From the IMG/VR virus record IMGVR_UViG_3300045988_107526, positions 10,119-74,118 of that record: DNA of 64,000 nt. One strand, given 5' to 3'. The position numbers were made by a program, and so were the translations under genes. Position 1 is the first letter of the stretch; each line of letters begins with the position of its first letter. The notes beneath the pieces are model-generated. The model was not told the DNA's origin and made no database searches. It worked only from the letters and a program-made list of their open reading frames with translations. Below, piece by piece: positions 8,877-18,041 of the stretch. The DNA comes from a virus.

Positions 8877-11800
8877 TTAATTGTTATACAATAGTTTCAT
8901 ATTCTTATAATCATATAATAAATTACCAATATGCCTTCCGTGAGAATCTGAATGACAACCAACTCTGTGTAATGAAATATATTTATGTTCTGTATCTACA
9001 GCAAATATATCAAATAAATCATCACTATAAGTATTTTCGATTCTATCAAAATTCCCAGTAAAGTCAAATTGTGGATTGTTAGGATTGCGACTACATCCAG
9101 CTGTATCTATTAAAATCTTTAATTGTTTCGGATAATTGCTAGATAAGCCTATTGCGTCTGAATGATGATGACCACACAACCAACATATAAATTTACCTGC
9201 TCCATACTCATCGTCATGGTCTGCCATGAATGCTTCTACCAAATCAGAATATTCTTTATTATTATTATCACCATAGTAAGAACTACTTGGTCTGTCTAGA
9301 TTTGTAAAAGTACAATCAATAAGAGTGTCTATTTTTTGTGTATGAATCATACATATTACATTAAATCCTTTTTGTCTTGAATCTTCCAATATGTTCTTGA
9401 ACCAATCAGCTTGCTCTCCTTTATCGACTGTATCACCATCAGGGAATGATTCAGAAGTATAGCTTTCCGTGTGTCCATCTGCATATTCTTTCTTGCAATA
9501 TATAACATCTCTCCAATGATATACATCCAATGCTATTATTCTAATCTTTGCACTTTCATAATCTTTGTAGAAGTAGCATTTATTCTCGACAGAGTTTATT
9601 TTTGTTTCTGAAAGATATGGTTTAATAAACTTATCATAGCATTCTTTAGAAGAATATGTTGGGACATTATAAGCTACTATGTATTTTTTCACAATATTGC
9701 TTTGATTGTCTTCTTCCGATAATTCATATTCTCTGCTCCCTCCAAACACCTCGTGATTACCCAAAGCATTCAATATACAACCTGCACCATTTTCTTTCCA
9801 AAATGAGAAATTAGTTGTAAAGAAATTATTAGCATCACCTGTTGAGACAATATCATCAATGTATTCTTTATATTGGTTATAATACTTTATTATGCGCTCC
9901 AAACGTCTAGATACGCTATGAAGGTCAGAGAAATAAAGTAAAGTAAATTTTGGCTTAATGTAAGGACCACTCTCTACTGTATGGTATTTGAAATTAGCCA
10001 AAACTGGTTTTTCAGAGCGGATTGGATATAATGAAAGTATATCACCACATGCTATTTTATCAGACAATTCTTTGCTTCCAACAACTGTAGATATAATATC
10101 TTTATTTGTTGGTATAGAATTGCTTTCAAACTTATTAATAACTCTAGTTCCATCCTTTCTAAGACCTTCAATTACTTTACCATCTTTATCAGTCTTGACA
10201 TATATGAACTCTGGGTTATCTACATATTCACTGGACATGCCTAAAGCCTTGATGTTACCACTAAACTCAGTATATCCATTAAGTACTCTAGTTCCATCCT
10301 TTCTAAGACCTTCAATTACTTTACCATCTGCATCAGTCTTGGCATATATGAACTCTGGGTTATCCTGCAAAGAGAAAACGTCAAGAAGTTCTTTGAGGTT
10401 GGTATCTATTGTACCTACATTTTCCTTCAATGACGCAAGGTCTGATTGAAGCTGAGATATAACTTGCTTCAAGGCATTGACTGCATGGATTTCACCAATA
10501 ATTTGTCCGTCTCTTCTGATACCAAGGAGTATATGATTAGCAGCATCAAGCCAAACAGCGAAGAACTCTTCATTCTGCTCAACGTGATACATTTCATTGA
10601 GAGGATAATATGGCTTGCCAGTTGCTCTGTAGAAACCAAAGAGTACCTTGTCTTCTGAATCTACTATTGCTTTAAGAAACTCCTCATTTTCGATTACTCT
10701 AAAGCATTCCTTTACTTCATTTTCAATTAGAGACTTGCCTTCTTCTTTATCTACCTTTGTATCTTGAAGATTTTTAATATCTTCTCCTAACTTGGTGCTA
10801 ACACTATTGAGATTTGTAAGGATGCTTGTAAGTGTCTGAGTATTATCAATACTAGCAAAGAAGTCCTTCAACTCCTTCAATGTGTCAATAGCACTTGTAG
10901 TATCATCATCACCCAATATAGTGGTAACCTTATCTGACAAAAGAGTTACTTGTGACTGCAATCTGTCCTCTACTGCACTTGTCTTGCCAAATACAGGAGT
11001 ACCATCCCACTGAATACCGAAGAGAAGTTTGTCTTCTACATCTACCTTTGCAAAGATGAACTCTTCATTCTGAATGTAGCGGAAAGGAGTTTCTACTACC
11101 AATCCTTCCTCATCTTTTATAGCTGTCTTTTCAACAATCTCATCTACTGCACTCTGTATGTTAATTGCAGTAAGTTTTGACTTCTCATTATTATAAGTAA
11201 CAGCAGTAGCTTGACTTGCACCACCAGTAGCAGCTATAGACTTAATAGTTTCTTCTATCTGAGTGCTGCGAGTCTGCAATAATGAAATATCTTCATCATT
11301 GGCAGTGATTTGTTGCTGCTTATCGTCAATCTGCGATTGCTTATCATCTAGCTGTTTCTGATGGTCTTTCAGTGTATCATCTACGTTTTGAATGGTTTCT
11401 ACCAAATTCTCAGGAAGACCAGTAGCTGCATTGATAGTCTGACGAAGCTCTGGGTCTAACTTCTCTACACCGATGGTGTTGTCTTTCAACTTGTCTTTGG
11501 TGATGGAGTTCTCTGCTAACTTCTCATTGGTGATACTGTCATCCTGTAGCTTCTCGTTGCTGACAGAACCATCAGCCATTTTTTCTGTAGTAACCGACTT
11601 ATCGTCTAACTTCTCGGTCGTAACATTCAGGTCGGCAATCTTTTCCGTAGTAACACCAGAATCTTGAAGCTTCCCTGTTGTTACATTTTGGTCTGCAATC
11701 TTCTGAGTAGTAACATTCCCGTCCGCAATCTTTGCTGTTGTTACAGAACAATCAGCCAGCTTTCGGGTGGTGATATTACCATCCTTCAACTTTTTTTCGG

Positions 11801-11882
11801 TGACAGACTGGTCATTGTAATCGTCAGTCTTCATCAACGGCACCATCGTACCGAGTTTCGGATCTTGTCTAAATGTAGGCAT
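8877..11882 (-). CDS. Tail fibre/receptor-binding protein with C-terminal calcineurin-like metallophosphoesterase domain, 1001 aa
   Basis: About ten 11-residue repeats (xNVTTEKIADx) near the N-terminus, then a coiled coil, then five degenerate ~48-aa repeats. The C-terminus carries SDLH, TGDANN, GNHE, MIHT and CGHHH phosphoesterase motifs. The ATG at 11882 was chosen (MPTFRQD) because the longer ORF overlaps the upstream gene. Confidence 0.75.
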   Translation of the reverse strand: MPTFRQDPKLGTMVPLMKTDDYNDQSVTEKKLKDGNITTRKLADCSVTTAKIADGNVTTQKIADQNVTTGKLQDSGVTTEKIADLNVTTEKLDDKSVTTEKMADGSVSNEKLQDDSITNEKLAENSITKDKLKDNTIGVEKLDPELRQTINAATGLPENLVETIQNVDDTLKDHQKQLDDKQSQIDDKQQQITANDEDISLLQTRSTQIEETIKSIAATGGASQATAVTYNNEKSKLTAINIQSAVDEIVEKTAIKDEEGLVVETPFRYIQNEEFIFAKVDVEDKLLFGIQWDGTPVFGKTSAVEDRLQSQVTLLSDKVTTILGDDDTTSAIDTLKELKDFFASIDNTQTLTSILTNLNSVSTKLGEDIKNLQDTKVDKEEGKSLIENEVKECFRVIENEEFLKAIVDSEDKVLFGFYRATGKPYYPLNEMYHVEQNEEFFAVWLDAANHILLGIRRDGQIIGEIHAVNALKQVISQLQSDLASLKENVGTIDTNLKELLDVFSLQDNPEFIYAKTDADGKVIEGLRKDGTRVLNGYTEFSGNIKALGMSSEYVDNPEFIYVKTDKDGKVIEGLRKDGTRVINKFESNSIPTNKDIISTVVGSKELSDKIACGDILSLYPIRSEKPVLANFKYHTVESGPYIKPKFTLLYFSDLHSVSRRLERIIKYYNQYKEYIDDIVSTGDANNFFTTNFSFWKENGAGCILNALGNHEVFGGSREYELSEEDNQSNIVKKYIVAYNVPTYSSKECYDKFIKPYLSETKINSVENKCYFYKDYESAKIRIIALDVYHWRDVIYCKKEYADGHTESYTSESFPDGDTVDKGEQADWFKNILEDSRQKGFNVICMIHTQKIDTLIDCTFTNLDRPSSSYYGDNNNKEYSDLVEAFMADHDDEYGAGKFICWLCGHHHSDAIGLSSNYPKQLKILIDTAGCSRNPNNPQFDFTGNFDRIENTYSDDLFDIFAVDTEHKYISLHRVGCHSDSHGRHIGNLLYDYKNMKLLYNN
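10141..10364 (-). repeat. Near-identical in-frame tandem duplication, 144-nt period, inside the fibre gene
   Basis: 80 nt at 10141-10220 and at 10285-10364 differ at 3 positions. They encode DNPEFIY(A/V)KTD(A/K)DGKVIEGLRKDGTRV. Confidence 0.9.
11450..11800 (-). repeat. In-frame 33-nt (11-aa) tandem repeats in fibre N-terminus
   Basis: The protein reads NITTRKLADCSVTTAKIADGNVTTQKIADQNVTTGKLQDSGVTTEKIADLNVTTEKLDDKSVTTEKMADGSVSNEKLQDDSITNEKLAENSITKDKL. Coordinates are approximate. Confidence 0.75.
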
Positions 11883-12147
11883 ATTTAATTTGTTTTGGTT
11901 CTGTAGAAGTGAATATTTGAATTTGGACGGTATCGGGAATAACCGATATACGGAACTCGAAGGACTGGGTGTCCTTGTGGCGACGTATCGGGATGCTAGG
12001 GAAATTTCCCTTATCATCTGACTGACGGATAACCACCTTTCCTTTTTCCCTTAGCGTGATTCTTAGGAAAATATCACGGCGAAGAGTAAGGATTGGAGTT
12101 ACCCACGCAAGTTCATTGGCATCGTATGTGGCTGTTACATTCTCCAT
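11869..12147 (-). CDS. Hypothetical structural protein, 92 aa
   Basis: In the operon, with a 14-nt overlap with the fibre start. Confidence 0.5.
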   Translation of the reverse strand: MENVTATYDANELAWVTPILTLRRDIFLRITLREKGKVVIRQSDDKGNFPSIPIRRHKDTQSFEFRISVIPDTVQIQIFTSTEPKQIKYAYI

Positions 12148-12154
12148 ATCGTCT

Positions 12155-12814
12155 TTATTTTGAGGTTTGATTTACGCCTAGCTGTTGCAGGGCGATGGTG
12201 TACATCTGGCTAGCTTTGGTATCATCGTAGGCTGAGAGGAGCAGAAAGGCGATATAATAGATGAAGGCATTCTTTAGTTTGTCTGGAATGGAAACATCTG
12301 TTGTGGAAACGTCTGTGCTCACAGACTTAGGTACACCTACATAGGTAATGACCGCCGTTGAAGTCTTTGGCTGCATGAGGATCTTGATTGGATTCTCTCG
12401 CATGATTGCAGCCTGTGGGCGATCAATGGTACCCTTGGCGGTATCGTCGTACATCATAAGAGCTTCATCATTGGTGTCCTCTACTGGTGTGACTGCCTTA
12501 TACCAAGAAGCGCCACGAATGCGGTTGATTGTAATAATCTCCATATCGGAAGGCATGGTGATAACACCGATGTTGTGATTAGAATCAAAATCTGACACTT
12601 GAATTGTGTCGGAAGTCGATCCTATGCTCTTGGAATCGGACAGGACAGGCGAAGATGCAGCAGTAATAGCTATCCAATGCAGCGCATCGTTTATCTTCGA
12701 CTTGATGATGTTGTCCATATACAAATCATCCTTCTCATCGGTGATTTCCGATGTGTTGTTGGATTCCTCGTCTATACACCAACGTACTGCCTTTATGATG
12801 TCTTCTACCTTCAT
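12155..12814 (-). CDS. Putative head-tail connector/adaptor-like protein, 219 aa
   Basis: Position between capsid and fibre genes. The N-terminal pattern (EDIIKAVRWCIDEE...DDLYMDNII) resembles gp6-type connectors. This is weak evidence. Confidence 0.4.
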   Translation of the reverse strand: MKVEDIIKAVRWCIDEESNNTSEITDEKDDLYMDNIIKSKINDALHWIAITAASSPVLSDSKSIGSTSDTIQVSDFDSNHNIGVITMPSDMEIITINRIRGASWYKAVTPVEDTNDEALMMYDDTAKGTIDRPQAAIMRENPIKILMQPKTSTAVITYVGVPKSVSTDVSTTDVSIPDKLKNAFIYYIAFLLLSAYDDTKASQMYTIALQQLGVNQTSK

Positions 12815-12830
12815 TTCACCTTATTATATA

Positions 12831-13271
12831 TTATGGCTTGTGATTTGGGAAAACAAAGTTGTGTTTTGTTGCCCATTCCAAAGCACTTGTCAAAGTCTTG
12901 AACTGTCGGGAACCCTCACGCTTGTCTTCCTCGTTGACAAAAGCTATCAAGTCTTCATCAGAAACGACAGAAGCAACCTCAATAGGTCCCTTTTTATTTT
13001 CTTCGGAAGATTTCTCTTCCAGTTCTGCAGCCTTCTTCAATTTATCCTCCAGAGTTTCCTCTGAACGGATGAGCTTAACGAGACCCTGTTTGAAGAGATC
13101 GCTGCTTTCAAGCAAATTCTGAGCGTACTCATTCTTCAAGATGATTTCCGGCTTCTGCTTGGTAATCACATTACCACGCTCGAAGTTGTAGCGAACTGTT
13201 ACGCCATTCTTGCCTTGAAGAATATGGCTTACAGAATTTCTATTTGCATTATATCTATATACTTTAATCAT
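12831..13271 (-). CDS. Hypothetical protein, 146 aa
   Basis: Downstream of the capsid gene in the same operon. Confidence 0.5.
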   Translation of the reverse strand: MIKVYRYNANRNSVSHILQGKNGVTVRYNFERGNVITKQKPEIILKNEYAQNLLESSDLFKQGLVKLIRSEETLEDKLKKAAELEEKSSEENKKGPIEVASVVSDEDLIAFVNEEDKREGSRQFKTLTSALEWATKHNFVFPNHKP

Positions 13272-13300
13272 ATTTGCTAATAATTTATTTAGAACAACAT

Positions 13301-13323
13301 GTGACCGGCACGAAGCCAGTCAC
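13301..13323 (-). terminator. Hairpin after the capsid gene (possible attenuator)
   Basis: Stem GTGACCGGC/GCCAGTCAC with one mismatch and loop ACGAA. There is no strong U-tract. Confidence 0.35.
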
Positions 13324-13343
13324 TTGTTATTCGGTGTATTACA

Positions 13344-14942
13344 CTAGGCTGCAATAAGCTGACCTGAGAAGAGTTCCCATTTGCCGCCCTTGTAGATGTA
13401 AACATTCTCCTTCTCGTACTTGGTTGGACCACTACCCTCGTAATCGGCTGTCAAAGCGACAATCATACCCTCACGAGGAGTCTCAGGCAACTTGCTCATG
13501 GAGATAATGTTGTTGATGACACCCGATGCACCAAGTGTAGAAATCTTATTCTCTGGACCAACAAGAATGCTGTTGTAGCCACGGAGAGCAACACAATCAG
13601 CCTCCCAGTGCATGTAACGCTTCGCCAGACGTGGATCGTAAGCATCCTTTGACAAATCGTTGGTGCGCTCCTTGCTCTTCTCCTTGACGTAGTGACGAGC
13701 ACCCTTGAAGTCAGCACCAATCATGCAGTCTTCCAAATCCATGTAGTCGAGCGTGCTATCCCAAGCGAAGTTGAGAGTACCATAGCTACACTTGAACTGG
13801 TTGAAGGTGATGTCGAACTCCTTAACTGTAGAGAACATGACATCGCGACCCTTAGGAAGTTCAATCTTCATCAGGCGCTCAACAGCGTTCTTACCACAGA
13901 AGAGATACATGGTATCAGACTCAGCGAAGTCAGTGAACATCAGCTTAGCAATAGCGATAAGGTCAGCGAAGGTGTAGGTGTCGCCAATACCGTAAGAGTT
14001 GGTAAGCTGGTTGATGATACCCTCAGCAGAGTAAGCATATTCCTGAGCACCGTCCTTGGTTTCCATGAGGAACTTCAACTTAGTACCATAGAGGTAACTG
14101 CGCTCCTGACGAAGCAAGAACTTGGTGAGAGCATCTTCCTTCATGTCGGCAACGGTATGAGGCGCCTTCTTCTTGATTTTCTCGAACTCCTCGGTGAAGA
14201 TGATAGAGAATGCACGCTTCTGCAAATAAACCTCCTCTGAGCGAGGCTGGTAGTTCTCAGGTGGAACGTTCATCTGACTCTCGGAGAGAATGGTAGAAGC
14301 ACAGAGAATACGGCTGTTAGCTGGGATAGCTGGGCAGCCCATAGAGTCGAGGGTTTCACCAATAGTTCCTTCGGTCTCTGCCGGACCATTAAGCGCCTGC
14401 AAAGTAACCTCATCCTTCGTCTTATCAACAACCAAGAGATTCAATCGACCGCTAACCTTGGTCTTAGAACCACGCTCGTAACCGGCAACAGAAGGAACGA
14501 TAACTGTACTACCCTTGTAGAGAGGAAGCAGAGAACCCGAGAAGTTAGTCTTGGTAAGCTTGATAGTGCCACCAGCTTCGACAGCTTCAATCTGCTTAGT
14601 AACAACACCATCGAGGGTATCACCACCGACACGGGCATGCTTCTTCTCGTAGCCATTACAAGGTACACTCTTTGTAATCTTACGGATAATCTGGAGCAAA
14701 GGAGTTCGGAAAGGGCGATATTTCTCTACCTCACTATCCCAATCCTCCTCGGCAAGACCACCCTTGCGAATCTGGGTTGCAGAAGCCTGCGTACCGGTCA
14801 AGTCCTGACCTTCTACCTTACCGCCTGGAGCCAACCGGTCTGATTTATCAGGATCAACAGGCTCAGTTGCCGCATCAGCCTTGGTTGAAGGTTCGTGACC
14901 CTCATCGCCAATCTGAGTAGTTGGCTCTGCGGTATCAGCCAT
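13344..14942 (-). CDS. Major capsid protein (HK97-fold-like), 532 aa from ATG 14942
   Basis: Follows the scaffold-like gene. The sequence is long, conserved-looking and alpha/beta. The ORF extends to 15050, which would add a signal-peptide-like N-terminus, so the start is uncertain. Confidence 0.6.
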   Translation of the reverse strand: MADTAEPTTQIGDEGHEPSTKADAATEPVDPDKSDRLAPGGKVEGQDLTGTQASATQIRKGGLAEEDWDSEVEKYRPFRTPLLQIIRKITKSVPCNGYEKKHARVGGDTLDGVVTKQIEAVEAGGTIKLTKTNFSGSLLPLYKGSTVIVPSVAGYERGSKTKVSGRLNLLVVDKTKDEVTLQALNGPAETEGTIGETLDSMGCPAIPANSRILCASTILSESQMNVPPENYQPRSEEVYLQKRAFSIIFTEEFEKIKKKAPHTVADMKEDALTKFLLRQERSYLYGTKLKFLMETKDGAQEYAYSAEGIINQLTNSYGIGDTYTFADLIAIAKLMFTDFAESDTMYLFCGKNAVERLMKIELPKGRDVMFSTVKEFDITFNQFKCSYGTLNFAWDSTLDYMDLEDCMIGADFKGARHYVKEKSKERTNDLSKDAYDPRLAKRYMHWEADCVALRGYNSILVGPENKISTLGASGVINNIISMSKLPETPREGMIVALTADYEGSGPTKYEKENVYIYKGGKWELFSGQLIAA

Positions 14943-15067
14943 AGCGAGAACGCCGCCGCCAGTAACCACGGCAAGAAGCATCAGAATCATCTTCATGATG
15001 AACTGACCGCTCATAAAATTCTTAAAACAATCTTTCTTCATTTTATACATATATTTATGGATTAATA

Positions 15068-15859
15068 TTAATAAGTGAGACCTTCGAAGAATCCGCTCTT
15101 CGGCTCATTCTTCTTTTTGGCAGGCTTGTTTCCAGCGCCAGAACTAGAAAGAGAAGGAGGAATACCTTCGGTGCTAGAAGAGCGAACCTTATTCTGAATC
15201 TTCTCGTTTCTGGCTTGCATAGCCGCCTCTTCGCGCGCCGAAGTGATGTCGGAATCGTAGTTGTTGGCATTATGGAGCATCTTCCAAATATCATCTGAAA
15301 TATCGCCACTCTCTACCTTGTCGTGAATCTCGTAAATCTGTGACCACATATCATGTGCTTCATCGGGATATAGATTCATCAGGCGTTCAAGCGACTTGCG
15401 CATGTTGGCAGTAACCTTCTCTGTAGCTTCGTTCTGTTCAGCCACGTCCTCATTGTGCTTGGCGAGAATCTCAGCGAGTTTCTTGCCGCCTTCAGGATCA
15501 TCAAGCAACGTCTTTACATCAATGCCCAAGCGAGCCATCGCATCAAACGGATTGTCGTCCGGATTTTTCTCCATATCCATCGCCAGAGCAGCGAGCCACT
15601 TGTGCTTATCGAATACTTTAGACAACGCCTTACCGCTCTCCTCGTATCGTCCGAGCAAATCAGCATCATCATTCATTGCCGCATAACGAGCTTCCTTGTC
15701 TTCGAAGTCTATGTCGGAGTGACGCTTGGAGAAACGCTTGGAGAAAGCTGTACGATTAGGGCGCTCATCTACAGACGTTTCATCTGTAGCAGCCTCAGCA
15801 GGTGGAGCCTGTTGTGCGCCACCTTCCTCATTCATCTGTGCTAATTCTTCTTTTGTCAT
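15068..15859 (-). CDS. Scaffolding-like protein, 263 aa
   Basis: Acidic and helical, located just upstream of the capsid gene. The ATG at 15859 (MTKEELAQ) lies 29 nt after the late -7-like box. The longer ORF to 16048 would cross the promoter region. Confidence 0.55.
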   Translation of the reverse strand: MTKEELAQMNEEGGAQQAPPAEAATDETSVDERPNRTAFSKRFSKRHSDIDFEDKEARYAAMNDDADLLGRYEESGKALSKVFDKHKWLAALAMDMEKNPDDNPFDAMARLGIDVKTLLDDPEGGKKLAEILAKHNEDVAEQNEATEKVTANMRKSLERLMNLYPDEAHDMWSQIYEIHDKVESGDISDDIWKMLHNANNYDSDITSAREEAAMQARNEKIQNKVRSSSTEGIPPSLSSSGAGNKPAKKKNEPKSGFFEGLTY

Positions 15860-15888
15860 ATCTCTATAATACTGTTTGAAACTTTCTG

Positions 15889-15929
15889 CAAAAATGCAAA
15901 TAATTTGAAGAAGTTTTGCCGTGCTCCAA
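15889..15929 (-). promoter_or_regulatory. Late promoter module (leftward): TTGGAGCACGGCAAA-N18-CATTTTTG
   Basis: The minus-strand 15-mer at 15929-15915 has one mismatch to the family consensus. The -7-like box starts exactly 33 nt downstream of the 15-mer start. Confidence 0.6.
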
Positions 15930-15948
15930 CCTTGCGCTTGGCGGTTGG

Positions 15949-15989
15949 TTGGAACACGGCAAAGAAAGCCATGTTTTTGCCTATTTTTG
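15949..15989 (+). promoter_or_regulatory. Late promoter module (rightward): TTGGAACACGGCAAA-N18-TATTTTTG
   Basis: Exact 15-mer at 15949-15963 and TAnnTTTG at 15982-15989, giving a 33-nt offset. Confidence 0.65.
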
Positions 15990-16016
15990 CGCCTATAATT
16001 AATAATGTATAAGAAA

Positions 16017-18038
16017 ATGGTAAAGGCAAGAATACTGACACTTAGCAAAGTGATGCCTCAACATAACAAGTATGACTCTGTTAAGGCTCGCAAGCGAAGA
16101 CAAGAACACGGCAAGGACGAGGAGTTACTCAGCCGATGCAGAAATGCTTGGAATAACCTGAGCTGTGTGCGAGAAACGAGGGCGAGAACGATGCGCTACT
16201 GCATGGGCGACCAATGGAGCGACACCATCAGAGTATACCATCATGGCTACTGGGAAGAAATGACGGAGCGCACCTATATGGAAAGGCGCAACCAGACACC
16301 TATGAGCAACAACATCATGGTGAGCATTCTTGAATCTATTGCCGGTCTTTATGCCAAGCAGGGAACGGAACCGGTCTGCTTTGCAAGAGACAGCGACTCC
16401 CGACAACTGAGTGACATGATGAGTGCCACGATGCAATGCAACTGGCAGACAACGTACATGCAAGATGTGCTGAACCACGCTATTAAGGACTATCTTATGG
16501 GCGGCCAGATGTTTGTCAGAGAGAGTTGGGAGGCGAAGGAACTTGAAATGCCCGACTCATGGACAGACGCGATGGAACCCGACCACATGTTTTTTGAATG
16601 CGGAAGCGACCCACGACACAATGACGTGAGTCTTATCGGTGTTCTGCATGACGTGAGCCGAGAAGACTTGTATCAGAAGTTTGCCAAAAAGGAATATGGG
16701 CTTACGGAAGATGATCTGAATGCTATATTTGATATTTATCCTTCTGACGATAACAGCTACGGCTATGAGTTTAACGAAGAGAAGGCGTTGGAGAATCTCT
16801 GTTTCGACCATAGCAACAAGGGAAGACATTACTCTAGAGTGATTGAGGTGTGGACCACGGAGACCAAGCCAAGACTGCAATGCTTTGACCCTATTGCGAC
16901 CACAGGAACCGGCGCTTACTTCCGCATAGACTTGGATGATACTGCGATGATACAGAAGCTGCGCAACGATAACATGAAGCGCAAGCAGCAGTATGACGAA
17001 ATGGGTATAGCGGAAGAAGACAGAGCTTATATTACAAGCGAGGAGATTGCCGATAAGTACTGGTACTATACTTATATGGCACCAGACGGAACTATCCTCT
17101 GTCAGGGAGAAACACCATACGACTATAAAAGCCATCCATTTACAATGAAGCTCTATCCGTATATCAACGGAGAGATTCATCCATTCCTTGCCAACATCAT
17201 AGACCAGCAGCGATACATCAACCGACTGATTGTGATGAACGACATGGCTATCAGAAGCAGTTTCAAGGGATTCAAGATGATTCCTACAAATGTGCTTAAT
17301 GGAAGAACGCCAGAGCAGTTTATGGAAGAGGCGGTAGAGTATGACGGATGGATATTCTACAAGCCATCGGTGAAGACGCCGAATGCGAAGCCGGAGATTA
17401 TTACATCGAATGCCGTGAACATCGGTACGAATGAACTGTTGCAGATAGAGCTGAACCTGATTAGAGAGGTTACCAACGTGAGCGGAGCTTTGCAGGGTAA
17501 GACCCCATCGGCAGGAACATCGGCAGCCAGATACGCACAGGAAAGCCAGAATGCAACTACGTCTCTGTATACCATCCTTGCCGACATGGACGTGTTTACG
17601 GAGAAACTGGCAACCAAGAAGTGCATGACTATCCAACAGTACTACGAAGACGGAAGAAAAGTTTACGACCGGAACTTCAACACGGTTTACAAATACGACC
17701 GCCTTTCGGCAAGAGATATTCACTTCAAGATCAGCATCAAGAATGCAGCAGCTACGGCAGCATTCAATACGATGCAAAATGATACGCTTGACAAGCTTCT
17801 TGAAATGGGCGGTATCAACATCATCCAGTATCTGCAGAACCTCAACGCACCATTTGCAGACAAGTTGCTTGCCAGCGTACAGGAGCAGCAGGCTCAGCTC
17901 GAACAGATGTATCAGCAGCAACAGGCAATGGCTATGCAGCAAGGTGGCGGTCAAGTAGAGAACGGAATTGTGCAGGGTGCAGACCAGAATGCGGTAGCAC
18001 AGGCACAGAGTGCATTAGGATATAACAGAGCAGCATAA
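16017..18038 (+). CDS. Portal protein
   Basis: 674-aa ORF at the head of the packaging operon, divergent from scaffold/capsid, with a Q-rich C-terminus. The start at 16017 was chosen because the 27-nt box-to-ATG spacing matches the other late promoters. ATGs at 16005 and 16053 are alternatives. Confidence 0.7.
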   Translation: MVKARILTLSKVMPQHNKYDSVKARKRRQEHGKDEELLSRCRNAWNNLSCVRETRARTMRYCMGDQWSDTIRVYHHGYWEEMTERTYMERRNQTPMSNNIMVSILESIAGLYAKQGTEPVCFARDSDSRQLSDMMSATMQCNWQTTYMQDVLNHAIKDYLMGGQMFVRESWEAKELEMPDSWTDAMEPDHMFFECGSDPRHNDVSLIGVLHDVSREDLYQKFAKKEYGLTEDDLNAIFDIYPSDDNSYGYEFNEEKALENLCFDHSNKGRHYSRVIEVWTTETKPRLQCFDPIATTGTGAYFRIDLDDTAMIQKLRNDNMKRKQQYDEMGIAEEDRAYITSEEIADKYWYYTYMAPDGTILCQGETPYDYKSHPFTMKLYPYINGEIHPFLANIIDQQRYINRLIVMNDMAIRSSFKGFKMIPTNVLNGRTPEQFMEEAVEYDGWIFYKPSVKTPNAKPEIITSNAVNIGTNELLQIELNLIREVTNVSGALQGKTPSAGTSAARYAQESQNATTSLYTILADMDVFTEKLATKKCMTIQQYYEDGRKVYDRNFNTVYKYDRLSARDIHFKISIKNAAATAAFNTMQNDTLDKLLEMGGINIIQYLQNLNAPFADKLLASVQEQQAQLEQMYQQQQAMAMQQGGGQVENGIVQGADQNAVAQAQSALGYNRAA

Positions 18039-18041
18039 GGT

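Noticed and set aside
10141-10364. Diversity-generating retroelement (template/variable repeat pair) in the fibre gene
   Set aside because: No reverse transcriptase is present in the window. The three mismatches between copies are not adenine-specific, and both copies are in-frame parts of the same shaft repeat family.
15949-15963. Sigma-54 (-24/-12) or classic ECF reading of TTGGAACACGGCAAA
   Set aside because: TGGAAC is not followed by TTGC at the -12 spacing required for sigma-54. There is no CGT-type ECF -10. Instead a sigma-A-type TAnnTTTG sits at a fixed 33-nt offset. An ECF-like factor recognising GGAAC cannot be fully excluded.
16557-17954. 465-aa minus-strand ORF inside the portal gene, and similar long antisense ORFs at 57698-58474, 59503-60297, 61879-62712 and 62830-63690
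   Set aside because: They lie fully antisense to much longer ORFs with recognisable function or context. Their composition is Leu/Ser/Arg/Cys-rich and low in complexity, as is typical of shadow frames. They have no promoter or operon context.
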